NCBI GenBank assembly: GCA_965153355.1
Contig: OZ231126.1
Span: 38,688,001 to 38,752,000 of the forward strand
Length of the DNA stretch: 64,000 nucleotides
Source of the DNA: Flaccisagitta enflata
Lineage: Eukaryota
Direction of reading: 5' to 3'
Shown here: one piece after another, positions 28,301 to 58,363 of the stretch
How positions within the stretch are numbered: position 1 is the stretch's first letter
Layout of the letters: every line of letters begins with the position of its first letter
Position numbers and translations under genes: made by a program
Notes under the pieces: generated by a model
What the model was told of the DNA's origin: nothing
Database searches by the model: none
Seen by the model: the letters and a program-made list of their open reading frames with translations, nothing else

Positions 28301-28397
28301 TATTTTTTGCCATGGATTATGCATGGACTGAACCACTAGAAACCGCAGAAAAAGTGACAGTTCTCCTAGTTTAAACCAAGCGGTTCCAAAAATCTGA
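25329..28397. repeat. Long inverted repeat: arms ~25329-26100 and ~27620-28397
   Basis: The outer ~600 bp are nearly identical in inverse orientation, and the same spurious ORF (MTASNLVVFQRIHKK) appears on both strands. Confidence 0.9.
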
Positions 28398-29018
28398 TGT
28401 GCAGAGGGCACTTCTATGCCAGAAATGGAAAAACAAAAAACGCCAAACCTAATCTTTGAACTATATGATTGATATTAACCAGCCATAGAACCCTAACTTT
28501 ACCGGAAGTAGGTGCCCACTACGTAATCACCCGGACTCGGGCTCTGGAGGCTGAAATGGCAAATTTTGTCAAAATTTAAAAGTGAAAGAAATAAAGCAAA
28601 TATGGCTGAAAATTACAGTTAATGGTTAGTATGTAAAATACCAATCACAATTTTGGCTGATTTTTTCATGGGGGGGGGGGGGGCTAGAGCGCTCTAAAAT
28701 CGCCTGGCGAGGCTTATTTTTTATTAAAAAGGGGGGGTCAGCAACCTTTTTTTTTTTTTTTAAACCATAGTACACCCAAATTTTAAGATAATATTATAAA
28801 TGAAATTTGAAGAGGAGACCCTTAGGTTTTATAATCAGGTTTCCATATATGGGTACCTCTCTTAGTTTTTGCGCAATACTAAAAAATGCAATTTTTAAAA
28901 TTCAACGAGTAACTTCCCATTGTAATCCTATGGAAGGGGGAAGAGCAAAAAAAACAGTTTTATTTTTTTTTATCTATGTACACCAGGGACTTAAGGTACT
29001 TTTTTTGGTGAATTTCTA

Positions 29019-29592
29019 CAGTAGATGTCGTCTAGACTTGGAAATACGGGGGAATTTATTACAGGATGACAAATTTACTTAAGAGACTGATATTTGAAAT
29101 ATAGACTAATAAAAGGATGCTTTGTTGCCCATGGGTGTTGGTTGCTATGGAAACACATTTTCATGTTTTCACGCTAAAGTATCAATATTTTGAAAAATTT
29201 TTTTAAGGAACATTGTTTAAAATGAAATTTGCCACAACTTTCCCACAGTATGTTCTGTAAGAATATTGCTCTTTTAGCCGTTGCTAGGGAGCGTAACTAT
29301 GTGTGACAGCCCTGTGATGCTCCCTAGCAACCGCTAAACCAGCGATATTCTTACAGAACATACTGTGGGAAAGTTATAGCAAATTTTATTTTAAACAATG
29401 TTCCCTCAAAAAATTTCTCAAAAAATTGATACTTTAGCGTAAATACATGGAAATGTGTTTCCATAGCAACCAACACCCATGGGCAATAAAGCATCCTTTT
29501 ATTAGTTTATATTCCTTATATCACTCTCTTAACTTGATTTGTCTTCCTGTAATGAATTCCCCCGTATTTCCAAGTCTAGACGACATCTACTG
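29019..29592. mobile_element. Tc1/mariner-type palindromic MITE
   Basis: ta|CAGTAGATGTCGTCTAGACTTGG...CCAAGTCTAGACGACATCTACTG|ta. The arms extend to the centre near 29305. Confidence 0.85.
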
Positions 29593-30211
29593 TACCTTTT
29601 GGTGATGGCCTACAAGGGACTAGTTTCCATATATGGGTACCTCTCACCATTTTGGAGAAATAGGACCTTGCTATTTTCCCGTGTCTCAAAAGGGCAATTT
29701 GATATCCAGCTCCATTGGTAATAATCTATTTCAGCCCTACTACTAGAAAGCAATTGTTTGTTAGGAAAGTGTAGTCTTGTTGCTAGTTCTTTTGTAGAGT
29801 TTACAATTTAAGATGAGATGGTTAATCAAAAAATGGGGGGTAAGAGGAGGAGGAGGAGGAGGAGGAGGAGGAATAAAAGGTGGCGGAAACAGCTAATCTC
29901 AAGTAAATTGAGCATATGACCTAGCTTTATATATCTTTGAGATGACAGCTAAAACAGGACATTGGTTATAAAGATAACTTGTGGCATTGTATAAAGAAAG
30001 AGGAGGAGGGGGAGAGGAAGAGAATGAGGAGGCGGCGGTGGCAGCAAATTTCCAGCAAATCGAGAATATTGGCTGTACTTCATACATCTCTAAGATGACA
30101 GCTACATTAGGACACTGATTTAAAAGGAAAAATGTTGGACTGTAACAGGAAAAAGAAAGTGGAGGAGGAGGAGGAGGAGGAGGAGGAGGAGAGAGGGTAA
30201 AGACGATCCCA

Positions 30212-30308
<97 letters not shown>

Positions 30309-30501
30309 AAGAAAGAGAGAAAGAGAAAGAGAGAAACAGAAAGAGAGAAACAGAAAGAGAGAAACAGAAAGAGAGAAACAGAAAGAGAGAAAGAGAGGAA
30401 AGAGAAAGAGAGAAAATGAAAGCAAGAAAATGAAAGAGAGAAAAAGAGAGATAAAGAGAAAAAGAGAGAAAAAGCGAAAAAGAGAGAAACAGAAAGAAAC
30501 A

Positions 30502-30609
<108 letters not shown>

Positions 30610-32049
30610 GAGGAAGAGAGAAAGATAGAGAGAGAAAGAGGGAGAGAGAGAGAGGCCTTGAGGCCCATAATATTTTAAGATCTTGCTTGCTAAAACCTTT
30701 TTCACATTAACAACATTAAAATTTACTGTAAACAACAAAAATCCCATGATTGTTAGCAAAAAAAAACAAAAATAGCCTAAAAAAACCACTTTTATGGTCT
30801 CTAGGGGCCCCTAGGGCCCATAACACCCCAAAATTTTCCTTGGTAAGACCTCTATTACATTAACAAAGATAAAATTTACACTACACATCAGAATAAAACA
30901 TGATTTTATGGTAAAAAACTTAATATAGCCTCAAAAAACTACTTTGCGGCCTTTAAGGGCCTTTAGGGGCCCCTAGGGCCCTTACCACTGGAAATTTTAT
31001 CTTGCTAGGGCATCTATTACATTAATAGGGTTGAAATTTACCATAAATAACCAAAATAGAAAATGATAACAGTGGAAAAAACCCTTAAATTCCTTAAAAA
31101 CATGATTTCGGGCCCTATTGGGCCCTTTGGGGCCCCTGGGACCCATAAAGCTGGATATTTTTGCTTGCTAGGGCATCTATTACCCATACAGGGTTCAACT
31201 GTGCAAAAAAAATTAGGTTAGAAGCTTCTGGAGGTTTTGAGAAAGGTTCGCCTGAAAAAGCCCACTGTGTTTTTCCCAAGTTTGAATTCATGAGACAGGG
31301 ACCATCCAGGTTCTGAATGATTAACGCTCTGATTCATCTCAACGCCATTTCCTCTGAAAGTCTCGGGTAATTTTATTTGCCGGTCAGCAAATTCCAGCAA
31401 TCTTTCTTTCAACGGTTTTTGGCTGCTTTCAATTGTTTCCATCTTTTTTGACCCGAAACTTGAGAACTGAAGTTTAGGGAGTTTGAATGAATCGGACTTC
31501 CAAACGCTTGTGCCCTGCATAACATCAGTTGGTTGAGTTTTTGCTAAATCCTTTTCGGCATCCATATTTTTCAGTCGTTTCCCAAGTTTCACCCACTTCT
31601 CTGTCCAGGAGTGATTCGCGCCATCGTTATCATCAACTGTCATTGTTTGGTCGTTGTGAAGTTGTACTCTTTCATCACATTCTTTCTCACTTTCTTGAAC
31701 CTCCAACCATTGAACGATGTCAAATACATCTTTTGCTGCCCTACCCCTTGGTAAAATCATTTTCCTATCGTTAAGGAAAGTTTTATTCACGTCAGATTGG
31801 TTGGTTCCAACAACTGATTCATCTTTGATAGGCGCAGATGCTGCAGTGACCTCATCCTCATTCTCGCATTTATTGCAGATGAAATGAGATGCATCCTCGG
31901 GAAGTTGTTGTGGGGCAGAATAGCTCCCCTGTCCTTTTTTTTCCATGACCACCTTGTTCTTGATTAGTTTCAGATTTATTATCACACAAGCTGGGATAAG
32001 ATGGGTAAAAAGTAAGGTGAAAATTTTGACCGTCGTATTAGATGAGAAT

Positions 32050-32247
32050 AAACAAGGCCGGATACACGGCTACCCCAGTCGCGTGCGGGTGGGCAGGGGC
32101 TGTAATTGAGGTCACTTCATCATTTGGGCAGGTGCAGTGAGGCCAAAGACCGCAAAAAAAAAAAAGTAAAGTGTAACGGACGGACGGATGGACCAACGGA
32201 CGGAGCGACAAAGCGGGGTGTAGAGTCGCGTAGCACGCGACTAAAAA
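32050..32247. mobile_element. Short DINE-1/HINE-like element; related copies at 1-89, 13960-14045, 33315-33565, 34938-35120, 37088-37335, 42540-42715, 43597-43743, 49813-49945, 51885-52160, 55669-55828
   Basis: aacaaggccggatacacggc...gggtgggcaggggc...(GACG)n...agagtcgcgtagcacgcgactaaaa with a terminal stem-loop, A/T-run flanks and no TSD. Confidence 0.7.
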
Positions 32248-32328
32248 GGAAGAGGATTTACCGAAATTACGGAACAAGGAATCTTTTTGAATTCATTTTA
32301 TTTTCCTAATTTTTGCCTGCCTTACCTA

Positions 32329-33075
32329 CAGTATGATTTTTCTCAACTGCAACATAAGATGAGGACATAATGCAAAAACTAGAAGAGCTAGCCAAATTCT
32401 GAAAGAAGCCCCTGAAAGATGAGAGTTTGCAGTTTTATGTTGGGAAATTCCAGGAACTTATTCTTTAAATATGTTCCTTTTTAGAGATTTTGAATTAAAG
32501 GGCATATTTTGCAAAAAAGGCGATTTTATTATGATGTTAGTTGAACTGCCTTCCTTTAGAATGCTCTTAATATTAAATGGTTTGAGCTACTGATCCCTGA
32601 TTGGTCTCTAATGAATGATATTGTAATGTAGTTTAAGGAGCAAAAGAGAGAAACAGATATTTTCAAAGAGTTATCACGCCAGGCATAAATGTTTTAGTTT
32701 TTTTTCTGGAAATTTTTTTTGCAGAATTGACTTTTAATTCACCAAATGCATTCAAGACTTAAAATAAGTATGTTTGTCGAGTTTTAACCAAAAACTACTT
32801 CAAAATATCTTTCATTTGAGACCAATCTGGCAATTTGAAGAAAAACAGTTCAGCCAATATCTCTTCAATTTTCCTTAATTTTTAACTTTGCAGAAATTCA
32901 TTAATAATGGCACAGACATCAGGAAGATCATATTTTTTTCCAGAAAATCCTTGAAATCTTTCAGCAAAAAAACGCAAACTCTTATCTTTCAGGGGCTTCT
33001 TTCAGAATTTGGCTAGCTTGTCTAGTTTTTGCGCAATGTCCTCATCTTTTGTTGCAGTTGAGAAAAATCATACTG
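32329..33075. mobile_element. Tc1/mariner-type MITE
   Basis: ta|CAGTATGATTTTTCTCAACTGCAAC...GTTGCAGTTGAGAAAAATCATACTG|ta, with ~100-bp TIRs. Confidence 0.85.
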
Positions 33076-33734
33076 TACGTCTTTGAAACTCGTTTTATTC
33101 TGATGCAGGTCAACCCTGAGAGGCTGAGTGGGTCAAACGAGGAAAACCCGTCCCTGCACACGACTCTTAGCCGCTGAACAATTCGATGAAGCAGGTGCAC
33201 TGGTTAGCGATATTACCCTGGTCATGTATGACATACACTTTTCATACATGTATGTGTTTGTTCAAATAATAACTGATGATAAGTTTAAACTGCCAAAATT
33301 CTTGCGTCCTTGCATTTTCAAGTGCGTCCTCGCACTTCTATAAGAGGTAATGTCCGTCTGTTGGTCGGTCGGTAACGTAAACGTTAGAAATATGCAAAAT
33401 GGCTGATTCTGACGGATTTCTTCATTCCTATCACCTTAATCGCCTTACCACATTCATTTTCATTCATTTAATCAATCATTCATTTATTCATTCATTCAAA
33501 ACGTTGATTCACAAATTCTTAATCATGCGAGGCGCACTTATTGACCATCACTTGGCCTTGTTTTTAAAAGACAACGATCTACTACCAAGTCCTTGTTGAT
33601 TTTCATTCTCAGCCCCAGAGATGTTGAGTGGGATGAAACATTCCTATCAGTCTGATTATTCTTTTATTGCCTTTCTAATTCTATCTTTATTCTTTTCTAT
33701 TTCTATTTGGTTTTCGTCTGTTTTTCTCTTTTTG

Positions 33735-33791
<57 letters not shown>

Positions 33792-34021
33792 CAGCTTTTT
33801 TCTCTTTGTTAAGATTTGGAAGGGCAATAAATGACACAACTTTGAAGTCGATTGAGACCGATAAGGTGACACTTATCTTGAACAGCGTAACTAAGTTACG
33901 GATCATAAACGGGATCGCTCCAATTGCAGATAATATTACACATTGAAAAAAAAAACAACGAAATTACGAAAAAATGTACAAGGGATATTGGTAGGTACGT
34001 GTAATCGGCACACGTTTCGAA

Positions 34022-39512
<5,491 letters not shown>

Positions 39513-39613
39513 ATTACAATGATCATGAATTGAAATCTTTGTTTACATCTTTCTTTGCATTTTAATCGTTTAAGAAAAACACGCCAACACCAAACCAATC
39601 TACATTGTGCAAT

Positions 39614-39619
39614 TTTATT
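39614..39619 (-). terminator. Candidate AATAAA polyadenylation signal of MSH5
   Basis: tttatt on the + strand, ~330 nt past the MSH5 stop. Confidence 0.45.
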
Positions 39620-39820
39620 TAAGTCAGTTATTTGAATTAGGTATGGAATAGTTGATACGAGAATGAAACGTAGGTGAACAATGACACAAAGTTAATGAAT
39701 ACATTGCATCAGCACATTCAGCCGATCGGTGAAAACAAGGGACGTTGCCTGGGGTCACATTATCGTTGCGGACGGGTGGGCAGGGGCTTCCAACCCCCAG
39801 CCATACCCCCCTTCCAGCCC

Positions 39821-39914
<94 letters not shown>

Positions 39915-39950
39915 CAGTAGATCATTGGGCGCGACGCATTCAACATTCAA

Positions 39951-52686
<12,736 letters not shown>

Positions 52687-53184
52687 GTCGCAATTTTGAC
52701 GAACGAACTGTATCTGGAACAAAAACATCCATGAGTGTGAACGAGATCGTCTTAACAAATCATTTTACGAATAACCGTTCGTAATAAATAAACAAAAACC
52801 CAGTGTCAAGGGCAATGAGTAATGACTGATAATGAAAAGTAACCAAGATCAAACAAAACTTTGGAGATAGGACATGTTAGGCAGTTTTAACGAAATAATG
52901 AGGTGTTGTAATACATATGATTTTCAAAAATAAATCAAATAAGCTAAATCGGTATTGATTTAGTTCCGGGACACGCTCCAAAATCGAGATAATGAAGTAT
53001 GGGAAACTCCCAGCAGTACACAAGAGAAATTAATAAAAAACTACAAATCAGTGCCATATATGATCAACGAGCCCATGAATACGATGATCATTTGATTATC
53101 AATACTCAATAGAACGACTAGGAAAAAGGCTTTTCTTCAACTGGTATCAACTGGTAAAAGAGTCAAGGACATGCATTAGCCGCC

Positions 53185-53937
53185 TCACAGTCCCATGGCT
53201 TGCAGTCTTTTAGCCCTGAGATCTGCCACATCGACTTTCTCCTTCTCCTGCGTCTTTTGTTCGTTTCTAACCGCCTGCTGCCTCGCCTCTTCCTTCTTCT
53301 TGGCCAACTGCTCTTCTTCCTTCTCTCTCGCTTCGGCGCGAATGGCGCGCGCTCTCTCGGCGGCGCGGGCCGCGTCGAAGACCGGATCTGTTTGCAGACG
53401 AAGAACGCCAGCCGAAGCGGGCGCCGGCCTGGAGGCGGATGAGGAGGCCGCTGAATCGTCGAAGAAATGACTGCGACTCTGACGGACAAAAACAAGACGC
53501 TCTTTTTCCAACTCGACTTTCTTCTCCTCATTCCTCTCGGCTTTTCTTCGCGCTTCCAACTTTTTGACTCTCCACTTTTCGTCCTCTTCCTCTTTGGCCT
53601 TCTCCCGCGCTTCCCTCGCTTTATTGGCGGATCGGATCTTGGCCGTGGACAACAGATGTTGCTGACGAAGACGCACTTCCATCAGAGAACACGCGCCTTC
53701 TTGGACGTCGCCGCCCAGACGACGCGGAGGCATCGAGATGCTGAGCTGTTGCTGCTGCGAACGAGCCTGTTTGTACTCCTCGTAGGCGCGGGCTTCCATC
53801 TCGGCGCCGTTTATAATCTGCTGTCTCTTGCGTTCGTTTGGACGCACCACCGTAAAGGGGAAGCTCGGAGCGGCTTGCCCCGGCTGCTGCTGCTGCTGCT
53901 GCTGCTGCGGAGTCGCAGACGGATCGTTGCTCGCCAT
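53185..53937 (-). CDS. EPSTI1: Epithelial-stromal interaction protein 1-like coiled-coil protein, intronless CDS, 250 aa
   Basis: FTVVRPNERKRQQI...PRRLGG...SLMEVRLRQQ...EARRKAERNEEK matches the EPSTI1 family pattern (FT.I.PNE.RR, P.RLGG, E.R..QQ) as recalled. Confidence 0.75.
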   Translation of the reverse strand: MASNDPSATPQQQQQQQQPGQAAPSFPFTVVRPNERKRQQIINGAEMEARAYEEYKQARSQQQQLSISMPPRRLGGDVQEGACSLMEVRLRQQHLLSTAKIRSANKAREAREKAKEEEDEKWRVKKLEARRKAERNEEKKVELEKERLVFVRQSRSHFFDDSAASSSASRPAPASAGVLRLQTDPVFDAARAAERARAIRAEAREKEEEQLAKKKEEARQQAVRNEQKTQEKEKVDVADLRAKRLQAMGL

Positions 53938-53954
53938 CTTTTGGTTTCCATATA

Positions 53955-54382
53955 CACTTTTTATTTTTTATAAGAACCTAGTTTATAAGAACATCAAGGC
54001 TTCAAATTGCCCGAAAATTAAGAACATCTTAAGAACATATGAAGGCTTCAAATTCTAGAAGAAAATTTTTTGCTAACAATAAAACTTTTAAAATATTGAT
54101 AAAAAACTTGAAATTAGAAGATTTATAATAGAATTCTGTTATTTTTAACATAAATGCCATAAAAATATCCCTTGACTTTTTAATTTTGTATTAATTTTAA
54201 CAATTATTGATAAAAATACATTTATTTCTAATAATTAATAGTGAATTTAAAGGTTTACTATAATTTGTTTGTTGTCTAGAATTAAGAACGCTCTAAGAAC
54301 AGTAAAGGCTTAATTTTGCCTCAAAAATAAGAACATAAAGCCTTTGGAAAAAAAATGATGTTCTTATAAAAAATAAAAAGTG
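53955..54382. mobile_element. TA-flanked TAAGAAC MITE (copy 2), just upstream of the EPSTI1-like ATG
   Basis: Perfect TIR CACTTTTTATTTTTTATAAGAAC / GTTCTTATAAAAAATAAAAAGTG with a TA TSD. Confidence 0.85.
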
Positions 54383-54683
54383 TATATTTATACCAGACTA
54401 TGTTTCTTGACCGGCTTGGGGACAAAGCGAAGTTACCGAGGTTCAACGGTGGCCAATCTGTTTCACAGTAAGAGATCATAAATTATCAGGACTTTAAGAA
54501 TAAATTATTATGCTCGTATGCGTTTATAATTTCGTTTTTTTTCTTTTTGGTCCGTCTTTCTGTCCGTCCCTCTGTTTGTCAATTTGTATGCATGTCTTTT
54601 TCTCATCTGCTTTCCTCATTTTTTCTGTATACATGTCAATCATTCTGTGTCTGTCTCTCTGTGTCTGTCTGTCTGTCTGTCTG

Positions 54684-54768
<85 letters not shown>

Positions 54769-55996
54769 GCATGCCGAGAAAGAAGAGGAAAAAATGAAAT
54801 TTAAAATTTGAATGTTGGGCTCAAGGCAGGAGCTGAAAACTCCAAAAAGCAACTTTGTAACGGACGGACCAATTGCCGGACCGACGGACCAGCAATTCTA
54901 CATCATGCTCTAAAAGAAGGCCAGCGTTGCCTCTTTGAAGGACGGAAAAGTGGCTTGTAGAGTAGCGTGTCCGTGACTGAAATCAACGTATTATATTGAC
55001 GTTGTATGCTTTATCTTTTTTTACAGCTTTATCTTTATCTTTATCTTTATCTTTATCTTTATTTCTGCTCCTAATCTTTTTCGTTTCAACTTTTTCCTAT
55101 TTCTCGGAAACGACAAATGAGCAAGGTTCATTTTCGTGACGTCAAGAGGACGCTAGGAGTGCCTATCCATCGCTAGTGCGGGCCCTAGGACACTCGACAA
55201 AAGAACACTACAGATATTAATTGTGTCGCATGATTTAAAAGAAAAATGCAAACCAAAGCCAATGATGTGTGATACCCGTTGCTCTGCTATACAGGTTTGT
55301 GAATATTAGTTGGAGGCAGGGCAATGGTCTTTAAGGGGCGAGGTCCTGTAGAACAGAGAGGAAGGGGGGAGGGATGAGGGGGAGTCAATTAATGAGATGC
55401 AGAAGGGGGATAATTGAGAGTATATGATGTCCTAAGGCCGGAGCTGCTGATTGAGTCTCTGCACGATTTTGTTTTTCTTTCAGAATCCTCCGCCAGAGCG
55501 AATTAAATTCGAATAGCTTCGGGTCGTAATACATAAAACCCAGCCAACCCTTAGCCCTAAAGCAAACCTTGTCCCTAACCCTAACCCTAAAACTATCCCC
55601 AACCCTAACCCTAACCCTAACCCTAAACCCATCCCTAACCCTAATTTAAAAAAACGCTTAAAAAGTCTTAACAAGGCCGGATACACGGCCAATACCAGTC
55701 GCGGACGGGTGGGCAGGGGCGGAAATGCGTGTTTTCCCACTTTTCAACTCGAGCGTGACGGACCAACGGACCGACCGACGGACGGACGGACAAAGCCTCT
55801 TATAGAGTCGCTAGTCCGCGACTAAAAACAAAAGATCGACAGATGCTTGTACAAGTGTACCCTAAGGCCTACCATCAGACTGATTCAAAGCCTGAGGAAA
55901 TTGGTTGGGCTTATTTAAGGCCTGACAGGGCTGGTTTGATGTTTGAAAGGTCTGATTTGGGTTCTGTGCTTGCTTATTAGAGGCCTGAAAGAACTA

Positions 55997-56627
55997 CACT
56001 TTTTTTTCAATAAGAACCTCGATTCTTGCCTCTAAGGGTATGGTTTTCTACATTGAAAGCTTGCAAGGCTTTCATCCTTTGTTAATTGGAGAATTCTGGC
56101 CTCCTTTTATAAGGGCAATGTTGTTTCAACTTTCATAAGTATCATTACCTTGGTAGAGAATGCCGGCGGTCCCAGTTGGTTGTACCTCGATTCTTGCCTC
56201 TAAGGGTATGGTTTTCTAATCAATATTGCTAGTGTCAGTACTTCCATCAGTACATTAGTAATATTTGATTGTACCTTTGGTAAGATATTTTGTGTATACT
56301 AAATGGTATAGGCCTGTCCAACCCTATACTAATGAGGTATGCAGTCAAGCTGATTGTTTTGTCGGGTAAGCTTTTTGTTTGTCAGTAGTAAAGGATAGTT
56401 GTGAGCAATCCGGAGTAAACACCATTGAAAGCTTGCAAGGCTTTCATCCTTTGTTAATTGGAGAATTCTGGCCTCCTTTTATAAGGGCAATGTTGTTTCA
56501 ACTTTCATAAGAACATCAAGGCTCCAAAATGCCCTAAAATTAAGAACGTTGTAGTTTTTTATTAGTAGGTATTTTTATCTCTTTTGAAGGCTTTGAAAAA
56601 AATGATGTTCTTACAAGAAAAAAAGTA
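55997..56627. mobile_element. TAAGAAC MITE (copy 3) with an internal foreign insert
   Basis: Same termini, degraded on the right. Interior 56017-56511 is unrelated to the other copies. Confidence 0.65.
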
Positions 56628-57158
56628 TGATCCGAGGCCTGCGAAAACACATTTCTGGCTTGATTTGAGAAAAACGATGGACTAACAAATTTGAAAAAAA
56701 CTGTAGCTATGTTCTACAGGACTTCGTCCCTTTGAGGCCGCTGCCAAACGTCAAAAAGAAAAATATTGTCTCAAAGCTGCCAGGGAATACTGGAACATTC
56801 AAATCACTTGTGTACATATCAATAACTTGCTGAAGGAAACAGAAGAGGATAACGAGCGGCGAAATCTGGCACGTATATAGAGCAATACTGTCAACAAGAT
56901 GACGATGAAGGACTTATCACTTCCTCAGCCGAGAACGGAGTCTTTGGATCATCGATCATATGTGACCATCCCTGTCTCATAGTAAAGAAACAATCATAAG
57001 AAAATATTACCATTGTAGACACTGAGTGAAAGAGTAAATGAGTATAGATAAAGGATTCACAATCTAGGAGTAGCCAGTTCACGCATCAAATTAACCGAAT
57101 CAAATTAACCATAGCGTCAATAGATCTTGCCGTTTTTTATAACCATTTTTTTATTATC

Positions 57159-57303
57159 ATGACAACGAACGTCAACGGAAGCGTACGAGATGGAGGAAAT
57201 GGCGTGGAGACGATCGAACTAAAGCAGACGCCCGGCTCCACTTTGGGAATATCCATCAAAGGCGGCGTCGATCATCCGTTTCTGATGTCGAAGGATAATA
57301 AGG

Positions 57304-57376
<73 letters not shown>

Positions 57377-58226
57377 AAGAAAGAAAGAAAGATAGAAAGA
57401 GAAAGAGAAAGAGACAGGCAGGCAGACAAAGAGATAGAGAAACAATTCTAAGGTTTAATAGTCGCAAAAGCGTTAGAAGGTCAACGGTACCAGTGCCCTG
57501 CCAAAGTAAGTTGTGGTTGAAGTTGAGGGGGTAGCAGGGCAGCGGCCCCTAAGGGGTCGATGACCTATGCTTTCACACATATGGGGGATTTTCTCCTCCT
57601 CCGCTCCCCTCAAATCCCAGTCTCGAGGCCCATATTCCAGTCTCAAGGCCCAAATCCCAGTCTTGAGGCCAAAATCACAGCCTCAAGGCCCAAATCCTAG
57701 CTTCAAGGCCCAAATCCTAGCCTGGAGGCTTAGATTTGGGCCTCAAGGCTGGGATCTGGGCAACTTGGCTGAGATTTTGAACTGGAGCATGAGATTTGGG
57801 CTTTAAGACCATAGTATTGGCCTCCAGGCTAGGATTTGGGCCTTGAGGCCAGGATTTGGGCCTTGAGGCTGGGATTTGGGCCTCAAGACTGGGATTTGGG
57901 CCTCTAGACTGGAATTTGGGCCTCGAGGCTGGGATTTGAGGGGGGGGGTGACGTAGGAGGAGAAAATCCCCCACATGTGTGAAAGCATAGGTTATCAACC
58001 CCTTCGGGGCCGCTGCCCAAAAAGGATCATGGACATCAGTAATGGAAAGAAGGCAGAGGAAGTGGCAGTGGTTTCATATCTTTAATTCTTGATTTTTTTT
58101 CCAAAGTCTTTGGACCCGGGTATCTTCGTGATTCACGTGTACGCGGGCGGCGCTGCGGCCATCGACGGTCGCCTTCGTCTCGGCGACCGGATCCTTCAAG
58201 TCAATGGCGTGAGCGTGGAGTCAGCG
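57159..58226 (+). CDS. PDZ-domain protein (SYNJ2BP/LAP-type PDZ), exons 57159-57302 and 58107-~58226; 3' exons unresolved
   Basis: [26 protein letters not shown] joins [34 protein letters not shown] in phase 0 across a GT-AG intron. These are classic PDZ strand/helix motifs. Confidence 0.8.
57460..58023. mobile_element. HINE-like element with head-to-head 20-bp arrays, inside the PDZ gene intron
   Basis: Collinear with 16265-16752 (aatagtcgcaaaagcgttaga...ggccgctgccc). Confidence 0.7.
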
Positions 58227-58323
58227 GTGGAGTGAAACGAGACGGAATTCTTAGACTTACCGTCAAACACAACGAAGCTTTACTGAAAAGATAGAGTGAG
58301 TAGGAAACAAAATAAGTCTCAGA

Positions 58324-58363
<40 letters not shown>

